From Verrucomicrobiota bacterium (GTDB taxonomy: Bacteria; Verrucomicrobiota; Verrucomicrobiia; Limisphaerales; SXQI01), in contig JANRLX010000009.1 in NCBI GenBank assembly GCA_033762115.1, positions 1 to 37,801 on the forward strand: DNA of 37,801 bases, written 5' to 3'. The position numbers and the translations under genes are program-made. This document shows, piece after piece, positions 19,507-27,473 of this stretch (its first letter is position 1; each line of letters starts with the position of its first letter). The notes below the pieces were generated by a model. It saw nothing but the letters and a program-made list of their open reading frames with translations, was not told the origin of the DNA and ran no database searches.

Positions 19507-20706
19507 ATGAGCAAGCGGCTACACCTCCGGATCACAGCTGCTGCGGAAGCTGCTGTTAAGGGTGGCCATCCCTGGATTTTCAACGAGAGCGTTCGAGAAC
19601 AAAACAGATCAGGCAAGACAGGTGAGCTTGCCATCATTTTTGACCGTCAAAATCGCTTTCTGGGAGTTGGCCTTTTCGATAACGAATCACCTTTGCGCGT
19701 CCGTATTTTGCACAAAGGAACACCCGTTCAAATCGATCACTCCTGGTGGACTTCGCATTTGGACAAAGCTGTTATTTTTCGGGAAAAGCATTTTGCTTCG
19801 GACACTACTGGTTACCGGTTACTGCATGGTGAAAACGATGGCTGGCCGGGACTTGTTTTGGACCGCTACGGAGAAACGCTCTGCCTGAAATTATACACGG
19901 CAGCCTGGTTCCAATGGCTGCCCATGATCATATCGGTCCTAAGCAATCGCTTTCCTTCAAAAAGGATTGTTCTGCGCTTGAGCAGAAACATCATGTCCGC
20001 CGCACAGCAACATGATCTAACTGATGGGTCCATCATTTTTGGTGAAGAAATAGATGAGCCGGTGATCTTTTTGGAAAATGGACTTCAATTTTACTCTGAG
20101 GTCCAAAAGGGTCAGAAAACCGGGTTCTTCCTTGATCAAAGGGAGAATCGCCAACGTGTCCGGGAAATTTCAACAGGGCGTAAAATGTTGAATGTCTTCA
20201 GTTTTTCCGGGGGTTTTGCTTTAAATGCTGCAGCGGGGGGAGCCACACAAGCGACCGATCTGGATATTAGCGCTCACGCGCTGCACGCTGCCGAAAACAA
20301 CTTTCGATTAAATGCGAACCATCCTCAAATTTCAAAATGCCTTCACCAAACGATTCAGGCAGACGCCTTTGAATTTCTCGCGGCATCAAGCAACCCTAAA
20401 TACGATCTGATCGTCCTGGATCCTCCCTCCCTGGCGAAGCGTGAGAGCGAACGTGCTGAAGCGATAAAAGCTTACGCAGGCCTTGTGCGCGGCGCATTAC
20501 GACAACTGCAAACACCGGGGTGCCTTGTGGCTGCTTCCTGTTCCGCTCACGTGAGCAGCGATGAGTTTTTCCAGATCGTTCGCGCTACCATTGCTGCCAG
20601 AAACATTTCCTTCCAGGAAATGGGAACGACCCTGCATCCAGTGGACCACCCTGCCCGATTCAAGGAAGCCCATTACCTTAAAGCCATTTATCTTGAGGTG
20701 AAGTGA
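19507..20706 (+). CDS. rlmI: 23S rRNA m5C1962 methyltransferase RlmI-family protein
   Basis: PUA-like GHPWIF, GENDGWPGLVLDRY, GQKTGFFLDQRENR, FSFSGGF, LDPPS, ASCS and DHP...YLK. Confidence 0.85.
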   Translation: MSKRLHLRITAAAEAAVKGGHPWIFNESVREQNRSGKTGELAIIFDRQNRFLGVGLFDNESPLRVRILHKGTPVQIDHSWWTSHLDKAVIFREKHFASDTTGYRLLHGENDGWPGLVLDRYGETLCLKLYTAAWFQWLPMIISVLSNRFPSKRIVLRLSRNIMSAAQQHDLTDGSIIFGEEIDEPVIFLENGLQFYSEVQKGQKTGFFLDQRENRQRVREISTGRKMLNVFSFSGGFALNAAAGGATQATDLDISAHALHAAENNFRLNANHPQISKCLHQTIQADAFEFLAASSNPKYDLIVLDPPSLAKRESERAEAIKAYAGLVRGALRQLQTPGCLVAASCSAHVSSDEFFQIVRATIAARNISFQEMGTTLHPVDHPARFKEAHYLKAIYLEVK

Positions 20707-20763
20707 GGCACGTTTACCAGAACTCCTTTACAAATCACGCTTTCTTCAACAAATTTGCGAACG

Positions 20764-21318
20764 ATGCAATCAGTTTATACAGGTCCGGTCTTTGTAGTTC
20801 GAGATAACATTGATACTGACCAGATTATTCCCGCCCAGTATTTGAACCTCGTTCCCACGATCACTGAGGAATATATCAAGTTGGGGAGTTATGCCTTATG
20901 TGGACTGCCGGATTCTCTTTACCCCATTCCATTCGTAAAGGAGGGACAGGTAGACTCTGATTATCCGATTGTCATTGCGGGGCGTAATTTTGGCTGCGGC
21001 AGCAGCCGCGAGCATGCGCCTATTGCAATGGGTTCGGCAAATTCCAAAATTGTGGTGGCTGAAAGCTTTGCCCGCATCTTTTTCCGAAACTGCGTTGCCA
21101 CTGGCGAGTTGTATCCCTGTGAGGCAAATGACCGGCTTTGCGATATATTAAAAACCGGTGATGTCGTGACTGTGGATCTTGAGAAGGCGACCCTGACTGT
21201 GAATTCCACTGGCAAGGTTTATCAACTCAAATCATTGGGGGATGTCAAACCAGTGGTTGATGCCGGGGGAATTTTTAATTATGCCCGTCAAACCGGCATG
21301 ATGAAGAGCAAAGAATAA
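20764..21318 (+). CDS. leuD: 3-isopropylmalate dehydratase small subunit
   Basis: [36 protein letters not shown] and DAGGIF. Confidence 0.9.
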   Translation: MQSVYTGPVFVVRDNIDTDQIIPAQYLNLVPTITEEYIKLGSYALCGLPDSLYPIPFVKEGQVDSDYPIVIAGRNFGCGSSREHAPIAMGSANSKIVVAESFARIFFRNCVATGELYPCEANDRLCDILKTGDVVTVDLEKATLTVNSTGKVYQLKSLGDVKPVVDAGGIFNYARQTGMMKSKE

Positions 21319-21325
21319 TCGAAAT

Positions 21326-21355
21326 AAAAAAGCAGCGGCCGGATGACCGCTGCTT
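21326..21355 (-). terminator. Rho-independent terminator for the pilin-like genes (possibly also serving leuD)
   Basis: The minus strand reads AAGCAGCGGTC-ATCC-GGCCGCTGCTTTTTT and lies between convergent genes. Confidence 0.8.
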
Positions 21356-21395
21356 CTGAGATCGAGTTAGAAATGGCTTGCTTGGGTCGTTCTGA

Positions 21396-21752
21396 TCAGA
21401 GCGAGTGCCCTTCGATCGTGCACGTCGCATTCGTGCCAATGGCATTGAATTCGTACCGTCCGCCGCCATTACATTGTGGCATGGCTTTGATGTAGCTTGT
21501 AGGGCCTATCAAATCGGAGGTCTCCGGCACGTCCCCTTCCCTCTTTCCCTTGTCCAAGCCCCACATCTGTTTCGCGCTCTCGATTTGGCCGAGATTTTCG
21601 ATACAGGCATGTTTGCGGGCATTGGTTCTGGATTTGAGAAAAGCTGGCATGGCCACAGCTAAAAGAACTCCAATAATTGCAACAACTATCAGAATTTCGA
21701 CAAGCGTGAATGCGCGTGAGGTCGAAGCAAAACTTCTCGTTTTAGTCTTCAT
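21396..21752 (-). CDS. Type IV pilin/pseudopilin-like protein (second, probably minor)
   Basis: Class III signal SRA|FTLVEILIVVAIIGVLLAVAMP, then ACIENLGQIESAKQMW and a C-terminal Cys pair. Start at the ATG at 21752. Confidence 0.88.
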   Translation of the reverse strand: MKTKTRSFASTSRAFTLVEILIVVAIIGVLLAVAMPAFLKSRTNARKHACIENLGQIESAKQMWGLDKGKREGDVPETSDLIGPTSYIKAMPQCNGGGRYEFNAIGTNATCTIEGHSL

Positions 21753-21763
21753 ACCCAAATGAA

Positions 21764-21793
21764 ACAGGCTTGAGGTATAATCCTCAAGCCTGT
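21764..21793 (-). terminator. Intergenic hairpin/partial terminator between the two pilin-like genes
   Basis: Perfect 12-bp stem ACAGGCTTGAGG/CCTCAAGCCTGT with a 6-nt loop, followed on the minus strand by TTCATTT. Confidence 0.7.
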
Positions 21794-21811
21794 CTTGAAG
21801 ATCAAGTGCGA

Positions 21812-22174
21812 TTACTCGGACAGCGAGTGGCCTGCGACGTTGCAGGTTGGGTTCTCGCCAACGGTTTCGTAATCGTATGTTCCGCTGCTTGGGCAATTAG
21901 GAGTAACTTTGCCTTTCAGGTATTCGTTAACAGCAGCCTTGGAGGTGGCATCAGTTTCCACTGCAGTGCCCTGGGATTTCTTGTTTTCAAGAGCCCATTG
22001 TTCCTTGGCGCCATCGATCTGGCGAAGGTTGTTGATACAGGCATTTTTCTGCGCTGTGCCACGAGCTTTGACGAAGTTAGGGATCGCGATGGCTGCCAAC
22101 AAACCAATGATCGCAACCACGATCATGATTTCAACCAGGGTGAACCCACTCTTGTTATTTGTATTGATACGCAT
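21812..22174 (-). CDS. Type IV pilin-like protein (first, probably major)
   Basis: Class III signal KSG|FTLVEIMIVVAIIGLLAAIAIPNF, then ACINNLRQIDGAKEQWALE and CPSSGTY...PTC. Start at the ATG at 22174. Confidence 0.9.
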   Translation of the reverse strand: MRINTNNKSGFTLVEIMIVVAIIGLLAAIAIPNFVKARGTAQKNACINNLRQIDGAKEQWALENKKSQGTAVETDATSKAAVNEYLKGKVTPNCPSSGTYDYETVGENPTCNVAGHSLSE

Positions 22175-22274
22175 ACTTACATTGCGGTGCGAACTTGAAG
22201 CTGGTGGCGGGTTATTTAGTATAAGTGCAACCGTCGTTCGCAAATTGCCACCAACCGACCGCATTTTTACGAAT

Positions 22275-22291
22275 AGCAACCCTGATGCCAG
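22275..22291 (-). promoter_or_regulatory. Sigma-54 (RpoN) -24/-12 promoter upstream of the pilin genes
   Basis: The minus strand reads CTGGCATCAGGGTTGCT, i.e. TGGCA-N6-TTGCT with exact GG-N10-GC spacing. Predicted +1 near 22264. Confidence 0.8.
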
Positions 22292-22603
22292 CGTCAAGAT
22301 CTATTATCAATTGGACAAACCTATATCGTCAGCCTGACTAATAATTCATCCGGATGTAATGTTTCCAATGCTATAGCTGCCTAATTGGGTCCTTTCTTCC
22401 CGAAACATTCACAAGCGGTTTTTCAAACGGAAAGAAATTCCCATTACAGACTGATTTATGACAGGGCAGGGAAAGTTTATCCTGGTGTTTCCTGCTGCTT
22501 GGTGAAAGTAGTCATATTTTGCCGCTAAATACTTCCGGGCGAACGTCTTGTATAGCAGGACGAAAACTGTCTCGAAGCACGACAAACCAGCTGATTTCCT
22601 TTC

Positions 22604-23119
22604 TCAGTAATCATAAAGCCCGGTATCCTTGGAATACCCACCTCCAACACTCCCTCGTCCCTGGCCAGGCTCCTCATCGCCCAGCAAATTACCGAGGACA
22701 TCACCCATATCCTCTTCGATTTTTTCCGGATCCTCCCCTTTTTCAAGCCGCTTGATGGCAACATCCAATTCTTTGGGCATTGATCCGGGGGGCATGATCT
22801 CTTTCATTTTTTTCATCATGTGAGCCATGTGCCTTGGATTGTTTTCATCAAGGTGTTCCATGTCCCTCTCCATTTCACCCATGACTTTTGCGACATGCGG
22901 ATTGTCAAAGTCCGGCATGGGCGATGGATCTTCGCCCTCCCCTTGAATATTTGCGGAAGGTTCCGCCACCCGTTTGACCATTGCAAAGCGACTCACTTCC
23001 TTGACCATTTTTTTGTTTCCACATTTCGGACAGGTCGGGAGATGATCTGGCTGCACCCGTTTCGAAAGAAAACTGTAAATTTTTCGGCACCTGGGACAGG
23101 CAAACTCATATATCGGCAT
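22604..23119 (-). CDS. FmdB-family zinc-ribbon protein with Met-rich helical C-terminus
   Basis: MPIYEFACPRC...CPKCG...VSRF is the FmdB CxxC-CxxC signature. Start at the ATG at 23119. Confidence 0.85.
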   Translation of the reverse strand: MPIYEFACPRCRKIYSFLSKRVQPDHLPTCPKCGNKKMVKEVSRFAMVKRVAEPSANIQGEGEDPSPMPDFDNPHVAKVMGEMERDMEHLDENNPRHMAHMMKKMKEIMPPGSMPKELDVAIKRLEKGEDPEKIEEDMGDVLGNLLGDEEPGQGRGSVGGGYSKDTGLYDY

Positions 23120-23276
23120 TCCCTCAAAATAAGAAACGCAAAGAACGACGCAATTGGAAAAGCATCCGGCAACGATCCTCTCAATTATTACCTTATCAGG
23201 CTCTTGCAATGACTCCGACATGACAATCAGGTGAAGCCTGCATTGGCAACGATCAAACCGAATGGTTGATTGATTC

Positions 23277-25247
23277 ATGAAAAACAAGGTGAGGGCGTGT
23301 CTATTAGCAGGGCTTTGTGCAAGCACGGTTTTAACATCTGGTCAATCGGGCGGTGGCGGGGGTGCGGCAGGAGGAGGAACCGCGGGGGGTGCCTCCTCTT
23401 CAGCAGGAACAGGGACATCTGTAGGAAGCACCGCAGCACAGGGAGGATTGCAGAGCCAAAATCAAGGAGTGAGTGTCCAGGGAAATGCAATCAATCCCAC
23501 TGCAGTTCAGCAGGGCACATTGCAGCAGCAACAAAATCAACAGAATCAATTTCAAAATCAGCAGGCAGCTCAAACGGGACAATCTACCCTGCCAGCGGTC
23601 CAAAATGGAGCCGCAGCCGCAGGCACAGGCCAGGCTGCGACTCCCCCTTCAGTGGGAACTCAGGGTAATTTGAATTCTCCTGTCACCGGCCAGCCAACTA
23701 CCGGCTTTCGGACGAGTTCCACCCAAACGGGTGCTTTAGTTGATTCCACAGCTCAGGCTGCGCAAACGGATCTGGTGCCATTTACAGCCTTGCCTGTCAC
23801 AGTCCAAAACAGTTTGCGTTCCCAACTTAATGGCGGGCAGCTCGGAAATATTCAACGGGAAGTCACGCCAAATGGTGTGGTTTACCGGGCGAATGTCTCC
23901 AACAACGGACAGGTTACTGAATTTCAAATGGCCGAAAATGGAGTCATTTTAAGCCAGGGAGTTCCCACAGTCGGTGTGGCTGCCAACGTCACAGCATCAG
24001 GAACGTCTCCCGTTCCTCAAATCAATGGAACAGCGCTGAACAACAATAGTGGAATTGCCGCAGGTACAGTGTTGACTCCCCTGGTGTATGAGCAGCTTCC
24101 TTTGCCAGTCCAAGCGTCAATGAGAACGCAGATTGGCACAAACTCAATTAGTAACCTCACCCTAGAGCAAACACCTGCCGGCCCGGTCTATCGGGCGACT
24201 ATTATGCAGAATGGTCAACCGATGGAGATCAGATTTGCTGCAAACGGTGGTCTGATTCCTAATCCTGCCATGCAGGTGGCTGCAACAGCAGCCCGGGTAA
24301 CCAGTCAGCCTGCCGCTACCAATTCCACCAGCACACGCATTACCTTTGATGAATTGCCAGAGGCAGTTCAACGCGCTATTCGAAACGAGGCTGGCTTTGC
24401 TGAAGTCACTTTTGTCAGTCGCGAAACCTCATCTGAAGGTGAGTCTTACCGGGTGATTTTTAGAAGCGACGATGAGCCAGTTGACCTGAGGATTTCTGAC
24501 GAGGGAACGATTATGAAGGACAGCCGAAATACCCCCATAATCATTGTCGGTTCCACTCCTCCCCTCGAAACCAATCAAGTGACTATGTCCAATGCGCCGG
24601 AAGCAATTCGGCGTGCTATCCGGGCTCATGCTGGGCAGAACGAAATTTATTCCGTGACCTTAACGAACCGGAACAACGAAACGGTGTATGAAGTGGAGTT
24701 TCGTGATGATTTCAGGCGCAACCGCCTCGTAATTGCCAAGGATGGCACCGTTCAAAGACTCCTGACAAACGTAGTGTCACCTGTAATTGCAGCCGCTGTT
24801 TCCGATACAGCAACGGGATTGCGATTGATCGATTTACCAATGGCAGCACAGGAAACAATTCAGGCCCAAGCCCAATCAGCCACAATTAAAACGATTGAGA
24901 AGAGAACGAAAGGCGGTCAGGTAATCTATGATGTGCTGTTCACGGAGAATGGAGAGGAAAAGATGGTTAGTGTGGCCTCTGACGGACTCGTCATGAGTAT
25001 GGCCAATTCCGGTGCGGCTGATTCCGCAGGAGCACCCGCTTCAGCAGAAACAGGTTCCAATGTTGATATAAGCCAAATCCCTGAAGCTGTGCAAAGGTCG
25101 ATCAAAAATCTGGGAGGCACAACGACGGTGGAAGGAATACAGGTTATTGAAGAAAACGGAGTGCGTGTTTATGAAGTGGAAATTGTTCAGGACGAGCGTA
25201 AGAGCAAAATCCGTTTCGGAGCAGGCGGTATGTTGATTGTTGATTGA
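23277..25247 (+). CDS. Secreted protein with a Gly/Gln-rich N-terminus and six PepSY-like (BLIP/DUF2874-type) repeats
   Basis: Signal-like N-terminus, then six units of about 60 aa with consensus LP.AVQ..I......I......G..VY.V....G.......DG.I. Confidence 0.75.
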   Translation: MKNKVRACLLAGLCASTVLTSGQSGGGGGAAGGGTAGGASSSAGTGTSVGSTAAQGGLQSQNQGVSVQGNAINPTAVQQGTLQQQQNQQNQFQNQQAAQTGQSTLPAVQNGAAAAGTGQAATPPSVGTQGNLNSPVTGQPTTGFRTSSTQTGALVDSTAQAAQTDLVPFTALPVTVQNSLRSQLNGGQLGNIQREVTPNGVVYRANVSNNGQVTEFQMAENGVILSQGVPTVGVAANVTASGTSPVPQINGTALNNNSGIAAGTVLTPLVYEQLPLPVQASMRTQIGTNSISNLTLEQTPAGPVYRATIMQNGQPMEIRFAANGGLIPNPAMQVAATAARVTSQPAATNSTSTRITFDELPEAVQRAIRNEAGFAEVTFVSRETSSEGESYRVIFRSDDEPVDLRISDEGTIMKDSRNTPIIIVGSTPPLETNQVTMSNAPEAIRRAIRAHAGQNEIYSVTLTNRNNETVYEVEFRDDFRRNRLVIAKDGTVQRLLTNVVSPVIAAAVSDTATGLRLIDLPMAAQETIQAQAQSATIKTIEKRTKGGQVIYDVLFTENGEEKMVSVASDGLVMSMANSGAADSAGAPASAETGSNVDISQIPEAVQRSIKNLGGTTTVEGIQVIEENGVRVYEVEIVQDERKSKIRFGAGGMLIVD

Positions 25248-25262
25248 ACGATTGAACTTGGT

Positions 25263-25297
25263 TAACGGCTTTCTGAAACGAAAGCCGTTATTTTTTT
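25263..25297 (+). terminator. Rho-independent terminator
   Basis: TAACGGCTTTC-TGAAAC-GAAAGCCGTTA (11-bp stem) followed by T7. Confidence 0.85.
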
Positions 25298-25299
25298 AC

Positions 25300-26481
25300 T
25301 TACGTGGAGTTCTGCAAAACTGCCCATTCCGGAGACATGCTTCGCAATCGATCAACCGCAAGCTTGAGTTGGTCTGCTGCATACTCAATTTCAGAAACGG
25401 TGTTCTCCTGACCCAGGGTAAAAATGATGGTGCCCTTGGCAGTATCAGGAGCAACACCCATGGCTGTTAAGACAGGTGATATTTTTAATTGATCCACAAA
25501 ACAGGCTGAACTGCTGGCTAAAGCCACCCCGCGCATGTCCATGAACAAAGCCACTCCTTCTCCTTCAGTAAAGGCTGCGCTCAGATTGATATTCCAAGGA
25601 TTTCTTAAGGGGCCAGGCTCAGGGCCATTGAGTTTGAGATGCGGAATTTCAGATATTCTTTCAAGGAGTAGTTTTTGCAGGTTGTACAAGTGCCTGCTCC
25701 GATCAGCCATTTGGGTCAAAGCGATTTCAGCGGCTTTTCCAGCGCCCACAATTGCAGGAACGTTCATTGTTCCGGCACGTTTACCCTGCTCTTGAGAGCC
25801 ACCATGAATGAGCGGCTGCAGGCGAACGTTCCTTCGTTTATAGAGAACTCCCACACCTTTCGGCCCATAAAAACGATGTGGTGAAAATGAGAGCAGATCG
25901 ATCCCTGTGTCCTCGACCTCGATAGCCATCCAACCCGCGGCAAAATTCGCATCCAGAAAAAGCGCCGTATCGGTGTTCCGACATATACCAGCGATTTCTT
26001 TAACGTCCTGAATCGTGCCCACCTCGAAATTGGAAAGATGTGTGCAAACCAGTAATGTTTCTTTCCTGACGCTGCTTTTCAATTCATCAAGCTTCAGTAA
26101 CCCGGAATTATCCGCGCCGATCCAGGTTACCTCAAAACCTTCCCGCTCCAGAAAGTGAAGAGACTCAACGAGGGACGGATGCTCAATATAAGAAGAAATG
26201 AAATGGCGCCCTCGATGACGATTCGCAAGGGCAAAACCTTTGATGGCCAGATTAACCGACTCAGTTCCACTTGAGGTAAAAATGATTTCTTCAGACGCCT
26301 CCGCTCCCACCAGTGTCGCACAATGCTGCCGAGCCAATTCAACCGCTTCACGATTTCTCAACCCGTAACTGTGAAGGGAACTGGGAACTCCAATTTCGGT
26401 CCGGAAAAACGGTTCCATGAATTCGAGCACTTCCGGAAGCACCACAGTCCCGGCCTGGTGGTCCAGGTAAACTCGTTTCAT
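25300..26481 (-). CDS. IscS/NifS-family cysteine desulfurase-like protein with atypical PLP site (Lys to Arg)
   Basis: VYLDH, FTSSGTESVN, IEHPS, NFEVGTIQ, HGGSQEQGKRAGT and catalytic loop ASSSAC. The PLP motif reads SPHRFYGPKG instead of SxHKxxGPKG. Confidence 0.88.
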   Translation of the reverse strand: MKRVYLDHQAGTVVLPEVLEFMEPFFRTEIGVPSSLHSYGLRNREAVELARQHCATLVGAEASEEIIFTSSGTESVNLAIKGFALANRHRGRHFISSYIEHPSLVESLHFLEREGFEVTWIGADNSGLLKLDELKSSVRKETLLVCTHLSNFEVGTIQDVKEIAGICRNTDTALFLDANFAAGWMAIEVEDTGIDLLSFSPHRFYGPKGVGVLYKRRNVRLQPLIHGGSQEQGKRAGTMNVPAIVGAGKAAEIALTQMADRSRHLYNLQKLLLERISEIPHLKLNGPEPGPLRNPWNINLSAAFTEGEGVALFMDMRGVALASSSACFVDQLKISPVLTAMGVAPDTAKGTIIFTLGQENTVSEIEYAADQLKLAVDRLRSMSPEWAVLQNST

Positions 26482-26494
26482 GGTCGCACAGATT

Positions 26495-27328
26495 TCATTT
26501 TTTAATCCACTTCGCAGCCACTTCTGCAGTAGCCCCATCATGAACGATGGACATCAAAGCTCGTGTCATGCCCGCCGGGTCGGAATGCTGAATGATATTC
26601 CTGCCATAAACAATGCCTGAAGCTCCCTGAGCAATCAGCTTTTCGGTTCGCTCCAGAATTTCCTTGTCCGCAGCTTTACCACCACCTCGGACCAGGACAG
26701 GGATACTCCCTGCAATCTCAATGACTTTATTGTACACCCCGACATCATCTGTAGGATCAGCCTTGATGATATCCGCACCAAGTTCCACAGCTTGCCTGAC
26801 GAGGGGAAGGATTTTTTCCAGATCGCCATCAACCATGTAACCGCCACTTTGCTGGTTTGGGCGGAAGACGAGCGGTTCAACCATTAATGGCATTCCGTAT
26901 CGATCGCATTCCGGTTTTATTTTTAAGATATTTTGTATGCACTGGTCTGCCACTTCCGGCTGTTCCGGAATCCGGAACAGGTTGACAACGACACAGGAAG
27001 CGTCCAGCCGCAACGCCTGCTCCACGGGTTGTTCAATCATGCGGCTGAAGAGAGAACGTGGAAGCGTGCTCCCATAAACATTCGCCACATCTGTTCGAAG
27101 GACCAGCGCAGGTTTGTCCTTGCCACGAATGGATTGCAGGTAATGAGACTGCCCTACTGTCAATTGAATCGCATCGGGAGCTGCGGCAACAAGCGTTTTG
27201 ATGGATACTTCCAGATTCTCGATTCCCTGCAGAAAAGCGCGCTCATTAAAAAAACCGTGATCGACGGCCACATCAAAGCAACGATTTGACCTCGCGTTAA
27301 ACAGACGATTCAGGCGATACGATTTCAT
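26495..27328 (-). CDS. Class I aldolase, DhnA/FbaB/LsrF family
   Basis: AVDHG, YGMPLMVEP, ELGADIIK (Schiff-base Lys), PVLVRGG and GIVYGRNIIQ. Substrate uncertain. Confidence 0.85.
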   Translation of the reverse strand: MKSYRLNRLFNARSNRCFDVAVDHGFFNERAFLQGIENLEVSIKTLVAAAPDAIQLTVGQSHYLQSIRGKDKPALVLRTDVANVYGSTLPRSLFSRMIEQPVEQALRLDASCVVVNLFRIPEQPEVADQCIQNILKIKPECDRYGMPLMVEPLVFRPNQQSGGYMVDGDLEKILPLVRQAVELGADIIKADPTDDVGVYNKVIEIAGSIPVLVRGGGKAADKEILERTEKLIAQGASGIVYGRNIIQHSDPAGMTRALMSIVHDGATAEVAAKWIKK

Positions 27329-27473
27329 TGGTTAAACAGTTTGTGATCTGCCTTAAGTAAACGCAAAAGCAAAATCGAACCATTCCTTTGGAATAATGAA
27401 CTCAAGAGAAGTTGCGTTTCAGATGAATTCCGGGGATGATTTCTCGCTCATAAGGCTTTAGCCTCTAACAGAA

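Noticed and set aside
18759..19637. Long antisense ORFs (292 aa here; also 14712-15398, 8231-8830, 11918-12508, 36598-37146 and others)
   Set aside because: They lie wholly or largely opposite well-supported genes, have no recognisable motifs, and are expected shadow ORFs.
22188..22240. Plus-strand resemblance to a c-di-GMP-II riboswitch (GAAC..TGAAG...AGTGCAACCG)
   Set aside because: It lacks the internal GGGCAC pseudoknot partner and central stem, and is antisense to the pilin gene with no downstream gene on that strand.
21753..22297. N-terminal extensions given by the ORF track for the pilins (also uvrB, ubiD, fmdB-like, iscS-like, GT2)
   Set aside because: Family motifs and promoter positions support the shorter downstream ATG starts, and several extensions overlap neighbouring genes.
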